Assembly: GCF_009834535.1 (NCBI RefSeq)
Contig: NC_045697.1
Coordinates: forward strand, 106,704,001-106,768,000
DNA from: Camelus ferus
Taxonomy: Eukaryota
Direction: 5' to 3'
DNA length: 64,000 nt
Each line of letters begins with the position of its first letter. Position 1 is the first letter of the stretch. Positions 12,922 through 26,591 of this stretch are shown here, piece after piece. Made by a program: the position numbers and the translations under genes. Under the pieces are notes generated by a model, which saw only the letters and a program-made list of their open reading frames with translations, did no database searches and was not told where the DNA came from.

Positions 12922-14221
12922 AACAGAAGAGTTTAATAATTTATGAGGTATGTCAGTATCCTGAGTATACCTTAATAGAATTAGTCAAAATAATGTTTAT
13001 CTTAGTTTATCATTTATTTATATGACACCTATCATTTCTTGAGAGTGGTGATGACTTATTCATGTAAATCTGAACCTAATTACTGATTATGTAATCTGGT
13101 TAACTATTTAGCCAAATATTTATTTAATGGCTAGAACATGAATTAAAGGAATGCAAACATCTTATGCAAACCATGATTGGAAAGCCCAACTTATATTGAC
13201 AGGTGAAATTATTAAACAATTGATTAGAAAGAACTAAACAGAACTGTTAGGGGAGGGGGGATGAACCACCGCTTTGATCTGTTCTATTCTCTAAACTTGT
13301 TAAATACTTTTATTCTGCATAATAGGCAACTTAATTCTTTACTTTGGCATTTGACTAGAATAAATGGATGAAATATTTCCTTGTAATAAAATAAACTCAA
13401 AATTAACTGACTTTCCAGACGGATACATTCATACAGGAATTTTTTTTTAAATTCAGTTGTTATTTTTTCATGTTAAATTGATTATAGAAACAAATGAAAT
13501 GTTCCTTTAAAAATTGGATTAAACTTTGGTAGATGTCTGTTTTATTTAGCCAAGGAAGTAAAACTGGATTCAGCTCCATTTAAGAACCTTTTATTAAATA
13601 TATATGTGTAAAAAAACAAAGTAGATGGAGATAAGAGACATAAATGACTATAAAAACAAAATAGAACGTGATATGAACTGTAAAAGTTAGAAAGATGAAC
13701 TGTGGGATTCCACAGGAGGAGGAGGCACCATGGTGTAAGTTCAAAGCAGAGATGTGGAAGTGGAGGGGCCGTGTCTAAACTCCTGTGCTCCTATTCACGA
13801 CCCACATGTGGGCAAGTTGCTCCCTCTAGACTTTTTTTTTTTTTTTTTTTGTAAATGAGGAGTGATAATGATGTCAAACTCATGGTTATTGTAGGAATTG
13901 ATGAGATAATACATCTACAGGACAGAGAGAATTCAGAGAGGTTCAGTGATGCCTAAACCCTCTTAAGTCCTGAAAACAAATGATGGTGGTGAAGATTGCA
14001 TCTGTGACACCACTCACCCAGAGAAGTCATTTCTGTGTCTGAGAACTCAGTTCCACTAGGAGCAGCTCCATACCAAGCCACAGTTCATTCAGACCCTGGG
14101 GAATGAAGAATAGGAAATGCCATTGCCTGCCTGGAGGTCACGGCACCACAGTGTAGTCAGAAAGGCCACTTCAGGCTGAGGAACGGCTTGAGGAAGCATA
14201 TGGTAGTAAGCTCCAGCACTG

Positions 14222-14655
14222 AGGTAGAAATTACCCAGATGTCCACTAAGTGGTGATCGAATCCACAAAATGTGGTGTCCATACAACCGAATATTACTCA
14301 GCTGTAGAAAGGAATGAAGTACTAACATGTGCCACAGCACAGGCGAACCTTAAACAAGTGCTGAGTAAAAGAAGACAGTTGCAAAATGCTACGTATTATA
14401 TGATTTGATTTATATAAAACGTCCAGGACAGACAAATCTGTAGAGACAGAAAGTGGACGATGGACCTTCAGAATGAGGAGAGGGAGGCCTGGGGGGTGAA
14501 TGATAATGGGCCTGGGGCAGTTCTTTTTAGATGATGGAAGTGTCCTCAAATAGATTGCGGTGATGGTTCCTGGACTCTGAATACACTAAACACCATTGAA
14601 TTGTTTGCTCTAAATGAGTGAATTGTATGGTTTGTGAATTGTGTTTCCCTAAATC
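14222..14655 (+). mobile_element. Old L1 (L1MB/MC-like) 3' region
   Basis: aaaatgtggtgtccatacaaccgaatattactcagc..aaaggaatgaagtact..gacaaatctgtagagacagaaagt. Confidence 0.8.
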
Positions 14656-15142
14656 TGTTTAACAACAGAGAACCACCAGCACCCATACTGTAGGGAACCC
14701 AGAGAGGTCCTGGTGTGGCCGAGGAGCAAGTGTGCAGAAGAAATGGCAAAGGCAGGGTTGGAGGGTCAGGCGGGGTCCGTCTCGTGTGCTCTGTCAAGGA
14801 GGGAAGTCGGGGAGCGCTAGACGTGGTGTGGTCACCCGGCACCTGTGGGAGACTGCAGTGCCAGCATGGTCTTCATTTGTTTCCATGCTTAGAAGGAGAG
14901 GGATGACTGGAGCTACTGGACCAGTGACAGGAGCCAGGGCAAGAGAAAGTGAAGGCTGAACCCAGGAGTAGGGAAAGAAATGCTTGAGAGCCATGTGGAC
15001 AGAAAAGCGTTGGGAGGGGTTGGTGGAGAAGGGAGGAAAGACTGGCTCCCAGGACGCCAGCGTGGAGGAAGGGGTGTGTGCGATTGCCAACTGAGATGAA
15101 GAGAAACGGGTTTATCAGGAAAGGTGAAAAATGTTACTCTTC

Positions 15143-15500
15143 TATTACAAACTGTCTGTCTGTGTCTCCCTAAAATGTGTATGTTGGAACCCTAATCCCC
15201 AGTGCGATGGTATTAGGAGGAGGGGCCTTTGGGAGGTAATTAGCATTAGAGGAGGTCATGAGGGTGGGCCCCCCACATGGGATTAGTGCCCTTAGAGAAG
15301 AGACAGGAGAGAACCTGCTTCCTCCTGTGTCCTCTCTGCAACCCCCTCGCCATGTGAGGAAACCAGCAAGAGGGCTCTGCCCACACCCCACCCACAATGG
15401 CACTCTGATCCCGGACTTTCAGCCTCCAGAACTGTGAGAAATAAAAGTCTGTTGTTTAAGCTACCAGTCTATGGTGATTTGTTAAAGCAGCGCCAACTGA
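15143..15500 (+). mobile_element. MaLR solo LTR (MLT1A-like)
   Basis: ctaatccccagtgcgatggtattagga..gggcctttgggagg..cagcctccagaactgtgagaaataaa..gtctatggt. Confidence 0.85.
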
Positions 15501-16229
15501 TGGAAACACTTTAAAAACACTGTGCCCTGAGCTGAGTTGCAGTGACGTAGAGAAGCCACATCTCGCTGGACCAGAATTGGAATGACTGGAGCTGCATCCC
15601 TGCCTGTCCCACTTCCTGCATCTAGTTCCCTGTATTTCTCGTGTGCTTCTTTCTAACTCTGCTGTGAGATTCACCCCCCACCCCCGCCACCGCCAATGGA
15701 AAGCTAAATAGTGATCAGGAAGACAACGAATTACTGACATAGCTCAATCCTTCCAAGTACTAGAGCACTGATTTTTTTTTTTTAAACTTCGTTATTATTG
15801 GGAGAGGAGTACTTTTAAAAAAAGAAATCTCATACATCCCATTAAAACAGGTGAAAGTGAAGCCTGTGTTCATCCAAAGCCCTGGAAGGTGGTTCTTCTT
15901 GTCACCACCAGGGTGAATGGATGGCTGAGCCCCCTGGGGGTGGATCCAGGTTCTGCAGGACCTGAAACTGATACAGTATTGGGGGAGGGAGTGAAAAAAG
16001 ACTGTATATTTAGGTACAGGCCTTGGAAGGGCTTCGTGGCAAGTCTTCCTCTGTTCTTAGTGATAACGATGGTGGTGGTAGAGATGAGTGTTAACACATA
16101 TGAGCGGTTTTCATACACGAATCCTCATCACAACCTAAGGTGCACTGTGCCTGTGGTACAGAGAGGTCATGCCCAGGCTGGCGTGGCTGGGTGTGGAGTC
16201 ACCGGGAGAGGGGAAGGGTGGAAGAGTAA

Positions 16230-16440
16230 AGAGCACTGAACTGGGGACTGAGACCTCTATCAGCTCCAGCTTTGCCACCAGTTAACGGGAAACCAGGAAA
16301 CCATCACTAAACCTCCTGTGGATGCCCTGCACTTCACCTGTGAAACAGGAATGTTGATGTCAGCTATGAGCCCCTCATTTTGTTGTTCTCAGATCAAGAG
16401 ACAGTGTGTGAAAGTGCTTTGTAAATAGTAAGATGCTTGG
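16230..16440 (+). mobile_element. MIR SINE (degenerate)
   Basis: agagcactgaactgg..cacctgtgaaacagga..tgtgaaagtgctttgtaaa. Confidence 0.6.
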
Positions 16441-16578
16441 AAATGTGTGCTGTGAAATAGTTCTTCATTCCAACCCAGCATTATATATGACGCTTGAAAA
16501 TATATTCAATTTTGCTAATTTTTATTTCATTTCTAATGTTTCTAATTTATTTCTTGGACATGATTTTTTTTTTTTTAG

Positions 16579-16681
16579 GTTACTTGTCTGCAGGACTTTT
16601 TTGGTGATGATGATGTTTTTATTGCATGTGGACCTGAAAAATTCCGTTATGCCCAAGATGACTTTGTCCTGGATCACAGTG
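16579..16681 (+). CDS. DCLK2: DCLK2 exon (~3), end of second doublecortin domain: [34 protein letters not shown](E)
   Basis: T-tract+AG at 16577-78, donor [26 protein letters not shown] is the DCX-family signature. Confidence 0.97.
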
Positions 16682-18334
16682 GTAAGGCAGTTCATTGATG
16701 GTCTTTGTCACCCTGAAATGGAGGCTTGGGGTTGTCACTTGTGCATGTTAAGTGGTCTGACGTGTTGAAGAAAGATAGCTTTGACAGTATTCTTTTTGAA
16801 TTAATAAAAGTAGAAAATAAAATGAAAATATTTATCTAGTTGCAAAAAAAAAAAAAAGAAAAACCTAATTCAAGTTTTTTTTCATTTTTTTTAAAGCAAG
16901 TTGTTTCCATCTCTTTTTACTGCATTGTTTTGCCTCTGAAATGGATTTCCTCCCTTCTTGCAGAATGGTGCCTGGCTCTGCCATCTTAAATGTATGGATA
17001 GTGTTAAACCTGAAAGGTTCATTCTGCATTTTCCATGCCTGTAAAGAGATAACAGGCTAATAAGTTGTTAATAGTGATTATCTCAGGGTTCTTTTTACCT
17101 CATTGTTCGTTTGCAACTTTTTAAAAAACAGTTACGTGCATTGTTTATATATGCAGAAAAAATAAAATTGTTTTCACTGATGGAATAAGAAAATTCCTTT
17201 CTCTTAATTTTAGCCAAGAAAAATGGAATTTTCAAGTATTTAGCAATAACCTCAGTGATTTTAAATGTGATTGATTCTGGGAATATCGTTTTACTCTGTT
17301 GTCTGGAGTTAATTTAAACCTATCACAATAGTCGTGATTTTTTTTTTAGCTGATAGTAAAGTCAACTTCATTTTTAAATGAGGTAAAATCATACAGACAT
17401 AACATTTCACAGAGAAGAAGGATGTTAGAGATTCAGTCTCACTCTTTAATTTCATGAACAAGGAAAGCTGGCTTTTTAACAGTTAGACTGACCCTTCTAA
17501 TTGTGGTGATTCTGATAGTCCAGAATTAGAGAAATATATTACCAAATAAATACAGTGATCCGGTGATCCGTAGACTTTTTAAAATTCAAGATGATACATT
17601 CTCTGGTGCCAGACTTCCATGTGTAATTCCTTCCTGTTACACTGTGTCAGTTATCTACGTGTAACTTAACCTACTTTGTGCGTGGGCCTCATGTATCTAG
17701 TCTTTTGCTTTTTCGCTGCTGCCAAATCTGAGCATTTCTTTACTGTCTTGTGCTCTACTGGACTGGCTCTGCTTTAAACTGGTAATACCATCAGGAAGTC
17801 CTTAAAGAGCTGAAGACATCATCTACGCGAATGCTCTCCCCTGTCCTCATGGGTTGACTGAAAAAACGTGCATTTACGTTATGATCTGTATTTTACATCT
17901 TTTGAAAACTTTTAGCTTAATTTCATTTCATAATATTTCTTTGATGTCAGCATTAGTCATTTTGAATGTGTTCTAGGTTGTAAAGTTAACTTGGGAAACA
18001 ACAGCAAAAAACATTTATTGAGCACTTGCTGTGCGTGTACCAGGCATTGTACTCAGTGCTTTACATGCATGTTGTCGATTTACCTAAGCTTTTTGAATCA
18101 TTCATGTTTTTTTGTTTTGTTTTGTTTTGGCTATGGGCAAACTCCTGTTGTTAGAGGTGGGTGAAAGTTACTGGTTTCTTCCCCTCTCAATCACTAATTA
18201 CTGAACCTTCTGCAAACTGGGGATAATAGTGGCTTTTTCATAAAATTTTGTCAGGATTAAATGAGCTAATATGTGATAGCAGTTGGAAGGGTGCCCATCA
18301 CAAAGTATGTGCTATTGCTATTACTGTTGTTGTT

Positions 18335-18458
18335 TTAATTTATTTTTATTTTTGGGGTGGGAGATAATTAGGTTTACTTATTAATTTATTTTTAGAGGAG
18401 GTGCTGGACCATGTTTATGCTAAGCATGTGCTCCACTGCTAAGCTATACCCTCCCACC
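18335..18458 (-). mobile_element. Second copy of the young tRNA-derived SINE, internally deleted
   Basis: Reverse complement reads gggagggtatagcttagcagtggagcacatgcttagcat...taaacctaattatctccc; TSD ctgttgttgtt / ctgtttttgtt. Confidence 0.75.
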
Positions 18459-19832
18459 CTGTTTTTGTTAATGTTGTTATTATACCACCACAGTGAAAGC
18501 AAGTCTCAGGCCTAATTCTGCTACAAGTACATTTACTAGGAGGCAAAGTTTTTTTTTTTTTTTTAAACTCAGCTATTTAACTTGTGCTGTAGTCTGGACA
18601 AGTCCCAACTCTGCCCTTTATGCTTCTGACTACATCCTACATTAAAGATCCATTCAGAATCCAGACTTCAGCTAACCTAGCCTTAGTCAAGGAGCAGATT
18701 TCTCTGTTGAGAGCTCGATGTAGGACAGGCTCAGATTCCTAAACCTCAGGTGTAGTTCTGAAGTTCCAGTTACTGGCTCTCTGGATTTACACATCCTGCT
18801 CCTGAAAGCGTGGCAGTGCCTTTGAGAAGTTTCCAACCAGTTCACCACACCACTCCTTTCAACAGCGGAATACTCTCCAACACCCATGATGCTAATTAAC
18901 TAAGCTGGCGTGGCTGTGGCCCCCTCTGAGCGAGGTTTTGATTAGAGTCTTTCAAATGCTAACTAACCTCCCCTGGTGTGTATTTTCCTGATTAGGGTAC
19001 TTCACTTGTTAATTTATTGCCCCTGGGGTATAGATTAAAACCAACCCACATTTTCATCTTTCTGCATAAATTGAAGTATTTTAATGTGAATTACAAATAA
19101 TGTGTTATCTGATTTTGCCCTTACAACAAGCCTAAGAAGCAGACTTATTCTTATCCCAGTTTCAGAGGGGTGAAGACTGAGACTTAGACCTAACCGAGGT
19201 CCACCAATTAGCAAAGTCAAATCCTTGATTCATCCAAAATCTACGTGACTCCAAAACCAATGTTCATAATTATTCAAATTAGAAGCGATTATTTTAGCTG
19301 TGTAATTAGTTCTGGAACTCTGCGTGCTAATTTATTTGGCAGTTGATGGAAAGGCCAAAGTTATTGTTTAAAGCTCGTTTCCTCATTTTTTGATGCTTCA
19401 TACTTTGGGCAGATGGAAAATAAGACAGCAAGGGGTTCATAAATTACAGCCCTATATATCGTTTCAAAATAAAATTATCAATGAGTTGGAGAGAACTCTT
19501 TGTTGTAGCCTTTGCTTCTCAATGCAAAATAATAAAATAATAATTAAAAAATAAGTTGCACATGTGTAGTTAGGCTGCAGGTGTGTGTGAATCAAGCCAG
19601 GACCTTGTGATTTCAGCGTTAAGAACTCCATCTGGAACAATGAAGAGATGTCACAAGATGTGAAGCCTAATTTAGGATAACCTCAGGAGTTGCTTTATGT
19701 ATTAAAGTCGTGTAACAGTGATAAAAAAGATGATCAGGTAATGGTTCCATGCAGTAAACTACTGTAACGTGTGATCGTCCTTTGGTTAAAATTAAAACCA
19801 GAGCGATATAATGCACTTCCCTTCCTTTCTAG

Positions 19833-19934
19833 AATGCCGCGTCTTGAAGTCATCTTATTCTCGCTCGGCAGCTGTTAAGTATTCTGGATCCAAGAGCCCT
19901 GGGCCTTCTCGACGCAGCAAATCACCAGCTTCAG
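19833..19934 (+). CDS. DCLK2: DCLK2 exon (~4): (E)CRVLKSSYSRSAAVKYSGSKSPGPSRRSKSPAS
   Basis: cttcctttctAG acceptor, CAG|GTAATG donor, phase 1-1, SP-rich linker. Confidence 0.95.
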
Positions 19935-20846
19935 GTAATGAACAGGAGAGGAATGGATAGTCACAAAAGGGGCAGATCACTCTCCTTTAATTCTCTTTAA
20001 TATAAATGAGTGGTCTTTCCCGTCCTGTTTGTAGCTAGGATCCAGAACAGCATAGAGATGACGTGATTTTTTAAATCGAAAAATTTAAGTCTGTTTCTCA
20101 AAGTTATAGTAAGTGTCCTAAGAAACTTGTTTTGACACACTTTCTCGAGAACAGTCTTACCTAGAGGCTTCTCCTGGTATTCCCATAGAAGTGTTTCACA
20201 TTTTGACCAGTGTGAGCTGCATTTTTAATTTTGTGATATTTGATTGTGGGTATTTTCTTCTTTTATTGGTTAAAAACATCCACATAAACCCCTAACAGAA
20301 CTGTATTTACCTGATAAGTTTCCACAGGCTTTTCCTTCATCAAGCAATTTAATGGTAGCAACGATTATTGTTGGAAAGTAGTGCTACTTATGTCAGAGTC
20401 AGACTTAACCTCTAAGTTTCTTTCAGATCCTAAGTCTATATATAGACTTGTCGTAATTTTGTTAGGTTTTTTTTTTTGGCACTTTTAAAAAAATTCAAAT
20501 ATCCCCCAAGTCTTGATATATTGATTCTATAAGGCTTGCTTGTGGTAGTTATGAATAGCTTTGCTGATATCATTTCCCATTAAAGAAAGGACTGTGAAAA
20601 CCCATGGTTTTACACGTGGGAAGTCTAGAACATGTGAAATACTATCAATAAAAACTGCCTCAAGCATCAGCCTCTCTTCAACTGCCGAGTTTGGGGGAGT
20701 TCCTGCAGTCTGCTGCTTCCTCTTCAGCGCCTGCCCCACTTCCTTGAGGTCGGGTTGTTTTACCTTCTCTCTGTGTGCACGTTTAGACTCGCTGAATAAC
20801 CGCTCTCCTTACTGTCTCCCCCTTTGTGTATACTGCATGTGCACAG

Positions 20847-20897
20847 TAAAGAGGGGTGGCCACTCCTCCAGTGCCTACTCTGCAGCCAGATCCCCAG
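20847..20897 (+). CDS. DCLK2: DCLK2 51-nt alternative cassette exon: (V)KRGGHSSSAYSAARSP
   Basis: gcacAG acceptor, CAG|GTGAGC donor, phase 1-1, 17 codons without stop; resembles the 17-aa insert I recall in the longer human isoform. Confidence 0.85.
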
Positions 20898-23330
20898 GTG
20901 AGCCATGATTATTATGGCTTTGTCGCTCTGCTGGGTTTTCGTTTTTTGTCTTTTGCCACATTTCTGTTTCCTTTTGTTCCGTGTCCGTGAATGTGTCTGG
21001 CTTGTACCAGTTACGCCTGTGCAGTGTCACGTGCTTCACACGCTCCAGCCTCCCCTGTCTGCTAGAGAGCCCGTCATCTCCAGAGGATCGCCGGGCCCGT
21101 CTGTGTGCGCGCTCAGCACCGAGTGAGCAGGACGCACGGCGCTTCAAGGGGTCCTCTGGTTAATTTTGGAAAACAGTCTGTTATTGAAAAAGGCTCTGGG
21201 TTGTTGGCAATGTGAAAATGGCCACAGAAGCAGTTAGACTCTTCTCCCCTCCCTCCCCGCCCTGGGTTAATAAGCCCAGCATTCTCTAAAAATATTCCCA
21301 GTGTGAATATTTTTAACCAAAAGCATCGCTCTGATGTTAAGCTTATTTCAAATCATATTATGCTTTCTGTAAAGCACCTTAAATGCTGGGAAAGCTAATA
21401 TCACATGAAATTTGCATAAATACACTTAAGTGACTTTACCAAATGGTAAATGTAGACTTTTGTCAAGTTCTTAGCTTTTGTTTTAGTGATAGGTTTACAG
21501 GTGCTTATCATATAAGTAAACTAACTAAATAAAAGTGAGAGAGTGATTCTAGGATCAGGTATTATGATTGGTCCAATTTTGTCTCTCTGAGGTCTAAAGA
21601 GGGAAATTAAGACACTGAATCAAAAGCATGTTTCATAGCCATACTTGTCGTGCAGACCAGCTGCTTCATAACATAGTCTAATAAATGCATACATATTTTA
21701 AACTAGAACTTAGAATGCTTAGAAATTGATTTTAAAAGCATCTTAGCATTCCAGTACCTCAGATTTTCAACTGAGTCCATGTTTGGATTTGAGTTAAAAA
21801 AGTTTACCTTAAACTTTTAAGTTGCAAGATATAAATCATACTTCAGAGGTAGATGCCTTCTTTATAAGAGATTAATTCAGAAGCATGTTCAGCACATAAC
21901 TGCAGTTACAGAAAACTGAGAGAGAGTTTTGTTTTAGCAAAGCTGTGGTACCCAGAAGTATAACTCATTTTTATAGACTACTTGCTGAGGTATACCTGCT
22001 ACCGTTTAGAACATTCCATGGGACTAACTGGAATTTCAGACAGAGCGAGTGACTTTGTAAACATCATGTTGTACTTTTTCAATCTTGGGACGTAAGTGCT
22101 CCCGTAAGTGACGTCTTCTGGTTGACTAAATTCCTCAACAAAACTCCATTAATCGAAATAGCTAAGTGGTGTGTAATAAACACAAAGAAATTAATCTGGA
22201 TAACACAAGGGGGTAAATAGTTACCGTAATTGAGTCTTTAAAATCCTCACTTTTTTAGGTTTCTAGCTTGTGGATCTTTCATAGTCCCCCAAGATAAAAG
22301 TGTTCAGAGCAAACAAACAAGCAAACAAGAAATCTTCAAGTTTATTTCTTACCTTACAGTGGAGGTGGGTGGTGGGTAAGATCCTTATTTGGGAAGAGAA
22401 GATCCTGGGTGTAGTGAAGGAGTGGAGCTGCCCACTGGACACCTTCTTGTTGGTGGCACCAGGGCAAGAAGGGAGGGCACAGTGGGGCCCAGGTCCCGCT
22501 TACCCTCCCAGAGACTGGAGAAATGTGCAGATGAATGAAGGACTTCTCACTGGAGAGCATTTTTCAGAACCTTTCAAATGCTATCAGAAATGTAGAGGGC
22601 TATACATGACTGAATGTCTCTTTAGGATGGGAGTCATTTGAGGGTAAATGTGGACATGTAGTTACTGATCCCAGTTAAATCCCTGGCAGTGAGCTTTCTT
22701 CAACTATGTTTAGACAGAAGGTGTGTTCTTAGAGAGATTGGTCTGGGACAGAGATTACCACTTGCAGGAACCAATTTTTCTTCTTTAGTCCCTTTTCTAT
22801 CACTGTTCCAAGGAAATCTTTGATACTGAAGTGGCGCCTGAACATCAGTGAAAGTTAACAGCACTCAGTGAGTAGAAACTGGTGACCTGAACAGACTGCT
22901 GTGTGGAATGAAGGAAAAAAGGAACCAAACTCAGTGTCAGCTCATAGCAAGCTTATTAGTTCATTGGTCATAATAATCTCTATTTTGTGTGAATTCCCAT
23001 CCCCAGTTCCCTTAAAAGGGAATTTTTAAAACAGATAGTGTTAATTGAAATGGAACTTTATTGAAAAATAATCAGGGCTGTTGAATACTCTTCGAAGTTT
23101 CTAAGGAATTGTGCAGTTAACTTGTGTTGTACTTGCACTCTGAATACCCACATATATCTGTTAAGAAAATCTAGATAACTGACAATTATTTATGAATGAG
23201 TGGTTTTAGACTAGAAAAATGAAAGTTTGGTAATTTTAAAATCACTGGAAAAGTTTTTCATCTCTACTGAATTTTTACAATGAGCAGTACAATAAACAGA
23301 CATGACTGATTCATCTAATCACAAATACTT

Positions 23331-23590
23331 TTTTTGTATACATATGTTTTTATTGAAGTATAGTCAGTTTACAATGTGTCAACTTCTGGTGTACAGCATA
23401 ATGCTTCAGTCATACATACACATACATATATCTGTTTTCATATTCTTTTTCACCGTAAGTTACTATACGATACTGAATATAGTTCCCTGTGGTTCCCTGT
23501 GCTATGCAGTATAAACTTGTTGTTTATTTTGTATATTAGTTAGTATCTGCAAATCTCAAACTCCCATTTTATCCCTTCCCACCCCCTTCC
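23331..23590 (-). mobile_element. Young L1 3' end (truncated)
   Basis: attgaagtatagtcagtttacaatgtgtc..ctggtgtacagcat..; exact TSD CACAAATACTT (23320-30 / 23591-601). Confidence 0.85.
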
Positions 23591-24739
23591 CACAAATACT
23601 TCTTGATCCAGAATTCTACCTCCATTCAAGGACTGGGGCTCACTTTTTTGAGTCACCTATTCAGGACCTGCATTTTGCAGTTTATACTTACTAGCATCAT
23701 TTAAAATAACAGTTGCCTGCTCCCTTGAATCAAAAATATTTTTTTAAAAGGAAATGGACTTTGCTTTTCCTTCCATAGAGATGAATGGCAGTTTTCATCT
23801 CTTTGGGGCAAAAGCATTGAAGATTAATGATAAAAGGGGTTACGAATATTCCTTAGAAGAGAAAAAAAAATACACTGATACAAGATGTTAAATAATAGTT
23901 TTGTGAAATTACAGCAGAAGTGCATCCCGGTGATACAGTTAGGAATAAGCAGGGGTCATAGTGAGACTAGCTCTACAAATTAACCCTCCCTTTGAAACAG
24001 CAGTGACCATCCTCTTTCTCACATAGGCTCTAAATTGAACTTTTAAAGTATATGGAGGTTTGGAAGAGGGTGTACAAAAAAACCAACAAGATTTGCTAAA
24101 AAGTAATGGGGAAATTCAGCTGAGAAGAAAAGAAAATGGAGGGAATTAGAAATAACTAGTCTGGATTAAAAAGAAATTTGAAGAGTGTCTTTTATGACCT
24201 TCAAACAAATAAGGGAGGTTTTTACAAGGAAGATGACCAGTAACCTTTTTCCATTAAGAACATACTTAGAAAATGTGTTTGAATTACGGTGGAGTTGATT
24301 TGGGGGAGCCATAAGAACGTCTTGGTCATTCAGGTTGGTGTATACCAAGACAGTGGACATTGGACATTGGGGACAAGCTTCTTAGTAAACCATTACAGAT
24401 ACAACGGCCGCTCATTCCCTTGCTGGCTGGCAGGCAGGATACACAGACAAGTTCTCGTTCACATCTCTTAACTCCATAATGTTTTATATATTTGCTTCTG
24501 TCACTGTTGGAAAACTATTATTGAAAATAATTGTAGTTTCACTGCTTATTTGTCTGATCCTCTGTCTGTGATGCAGTAAGATACATTATTTTTGCTTTTT
24601 TGCTGATTTGCCATCTGCTTGGAGCTTTCAGTGACTCGAATCTCCATTGGAGCTCTGTTGTGCGTGTGCTTAGTGTTTTCACACAACCTCGTTATTTGGG
24701 GTTTTAATGACTCTGTCTCCTTTGTTGTCTCATGATCAG

Positions 24740-24834
24740 TTAATGGAACTCCCAGCAGCCAGCTTTCCACTCCTAAGTCTACGAAATCCTCCAGTTCTTC
24801 TCCAACTAGCCCAGGAAGTTTCAGAGGATTAAAG
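24740..24834 (+). CDS. DCLK2: DCLK2 exon (~5): (V)NGTPSSQLSTPKSTKSSSSSPTSPGSFRGLK
   Basis: gatcAG acceptor, AAG|GTACGA donor; homologous to the DCX/DCLK1 NGT..SQLSTP..SPTSPGS segment. Confidence 0.96.
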
Positions 24835-24929
24835 GTACGAAATAGGGTATGTGGCATGTTCGTGAGATTTTTGTTATTTTGAGTTGCATAGTTTAGGAGT
24901 TAATCTGTTCAGGGGCTTGGGTGCAGTAA

Positions 24930-25100
24930 CAAATCAAGAAAAGAGTTAAGGATTTGGAGCCAGGAAGACCTGGCTTTGGGTCCTGTGTCCTGTTTCATCT
25001 CGGACTTTGGGTCAACACACTTAACTCCTCTGAGCTTAAGTGTTTCCATCTCTTAAATGGGAATGTAAGATTATCATTAGGGTTGAACATAATGTGGTTT
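24930..25100 (+). mobile_element. MIR SINE
   Basis: tttggagccaggaagacctgg..actttgggtcaacacacttaactcctctgagc..aaatggga. Confidence 0.65.
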
Positions 25101-26327
25101 TATATAAATAAACAACAGTTTTCCTATTATCAAAGCAGTTTATGATGGCAACATCTTGGAGAACACCATGATTCTTTTCTTAAAATGTCATTTAAAATCA
25201 TGATTTTAATATTGTTGCCATAATTTGACTTTGTGAAAATCTAAAGTAGAGTGAATTCTAGCATAATAGTTATATACATAAGTAGTAACACAAGAAAAAT
25301 ATGTCCATTTTGGTGAAGAACTTAGAAATAAATCTTAGGTCTAGATGGTGATGGTGGTGGCCTGAAAATGTAAATAGTAACTTTAACATGATTAAACAGT
25401 TGGTTTAACAGTCGTTTTATCTCATAGAGAAGAAGAATGATGAGCCAAGCCAGATTTACAGGATTTCAACAAGATTAATTTGATTTAATAGCTCTCAATA
25501 ATTTAAATTTATAAGAGGAAATTTACCTGATAAAATAGCAGTATGTGATTGTTCTTAAAGATTGAAAGTTTTCTTTTGTAGAATCGATGAAACTGTCTGT
25601 ATGGTCATGTACTTTAAGAAGACTGGGAGGTACTCAGTGCTGTGATGTACACGTGTATTAACTTTTATTCCCTTGGGAGTGTTTGGTTGACATCAGAAAT
25701 ACTTTCATTAGGAATCGAAAGTTGGTTGCCTAAGCCCTTCAGATATTGTCCGAGTGGGTTTGTTTATCCCAAGGATGTTGGAGAATGTTTTTCCCTAGTG
25801 AAATGAGAGGTAAAAGCCCCAGCATGCCTGGTGAATGAGGGATGAGAACCCAGCAGGCTGGCGGGGCAGTTGGTCTGAGGGTCCTCCCTGCCTGGAGGGC
25901 TCTGTCCTCCACCTGACTCCCAGATGCGTTTGTTCTGTCCTAAGACTGTGTGTCTGCCTCTAGAGTGAACTTGCATGATTTTTGTCTAAGTGCCTGACAT
26001 CAAAAAGAGAAAAGAACATATCGTCTGTTTTTGTGCCTGTTTGCTTAAGTATGCTGGGACTGAGACCAGTAGTGACTTTGGGATTTGGAGCATATCGCTC
26101 TCAGGAACCTCTACGTGCTGGAAACTCTTTATGCTTAGCAAAAGAACCAGGCATTTTCTGAGGTGCTAAATTGGCTTAGATCAGTTCACAATATGGTTTC
26201 CATGGAATTCTTAAATGTTAACTCCAAAAGAAAAGTTATGTCAATTAAATCAATTAAAAATCACGAATTCTTTTCAGCTTTTCTTTCCCAACTTTTCCCC
26301 AGAATAGACTGAAGGTGCTCTGTTTTT

Positions 26328-26591
26328 TTAAAAAAAATTTTAGTTGAAGTATAGTCGGTTTACAACGTTATGTCAATTTCTGGTGTATAGCATAATGTTT
26401 CAGTCATACATGTACATACATATATCCCTTTTCATATTCTTTTTCATTATATGTTACTGCAAGATACTGAATGCAGCTCCCTGTGCTATACAGTAGAAAC
26501 TTGTTGTTTGTCTATTTTATATGTAGAGGTTAGTATCTGCAAATCTTGAACTCCCAATTTGTCTCTCCCCTCCTCTTTCCCCCAGCAGGAT
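26328..26591 (-). mobile_element. Young L1 3' end (truncated)
   Basis: Highly similar to the 23331 copy; probable TSD gtgctctgttttt / gtgctctcttttt. Confidence 0.85.

Noticed and set aside
21113..21143. REST/RE1 site
   Set aside because: Only the left half TCAGCACC matches; the right half is poor
22066..22115. ATG TTG... followed by two GTAAGT donors and a CRE-like TGACGTC, as a possible DCLK1-MLELIE-like first exon
   Set aside because: First donor is phase 2 while exon 5 needs phase 1, and the frame hits TAA before the second donor
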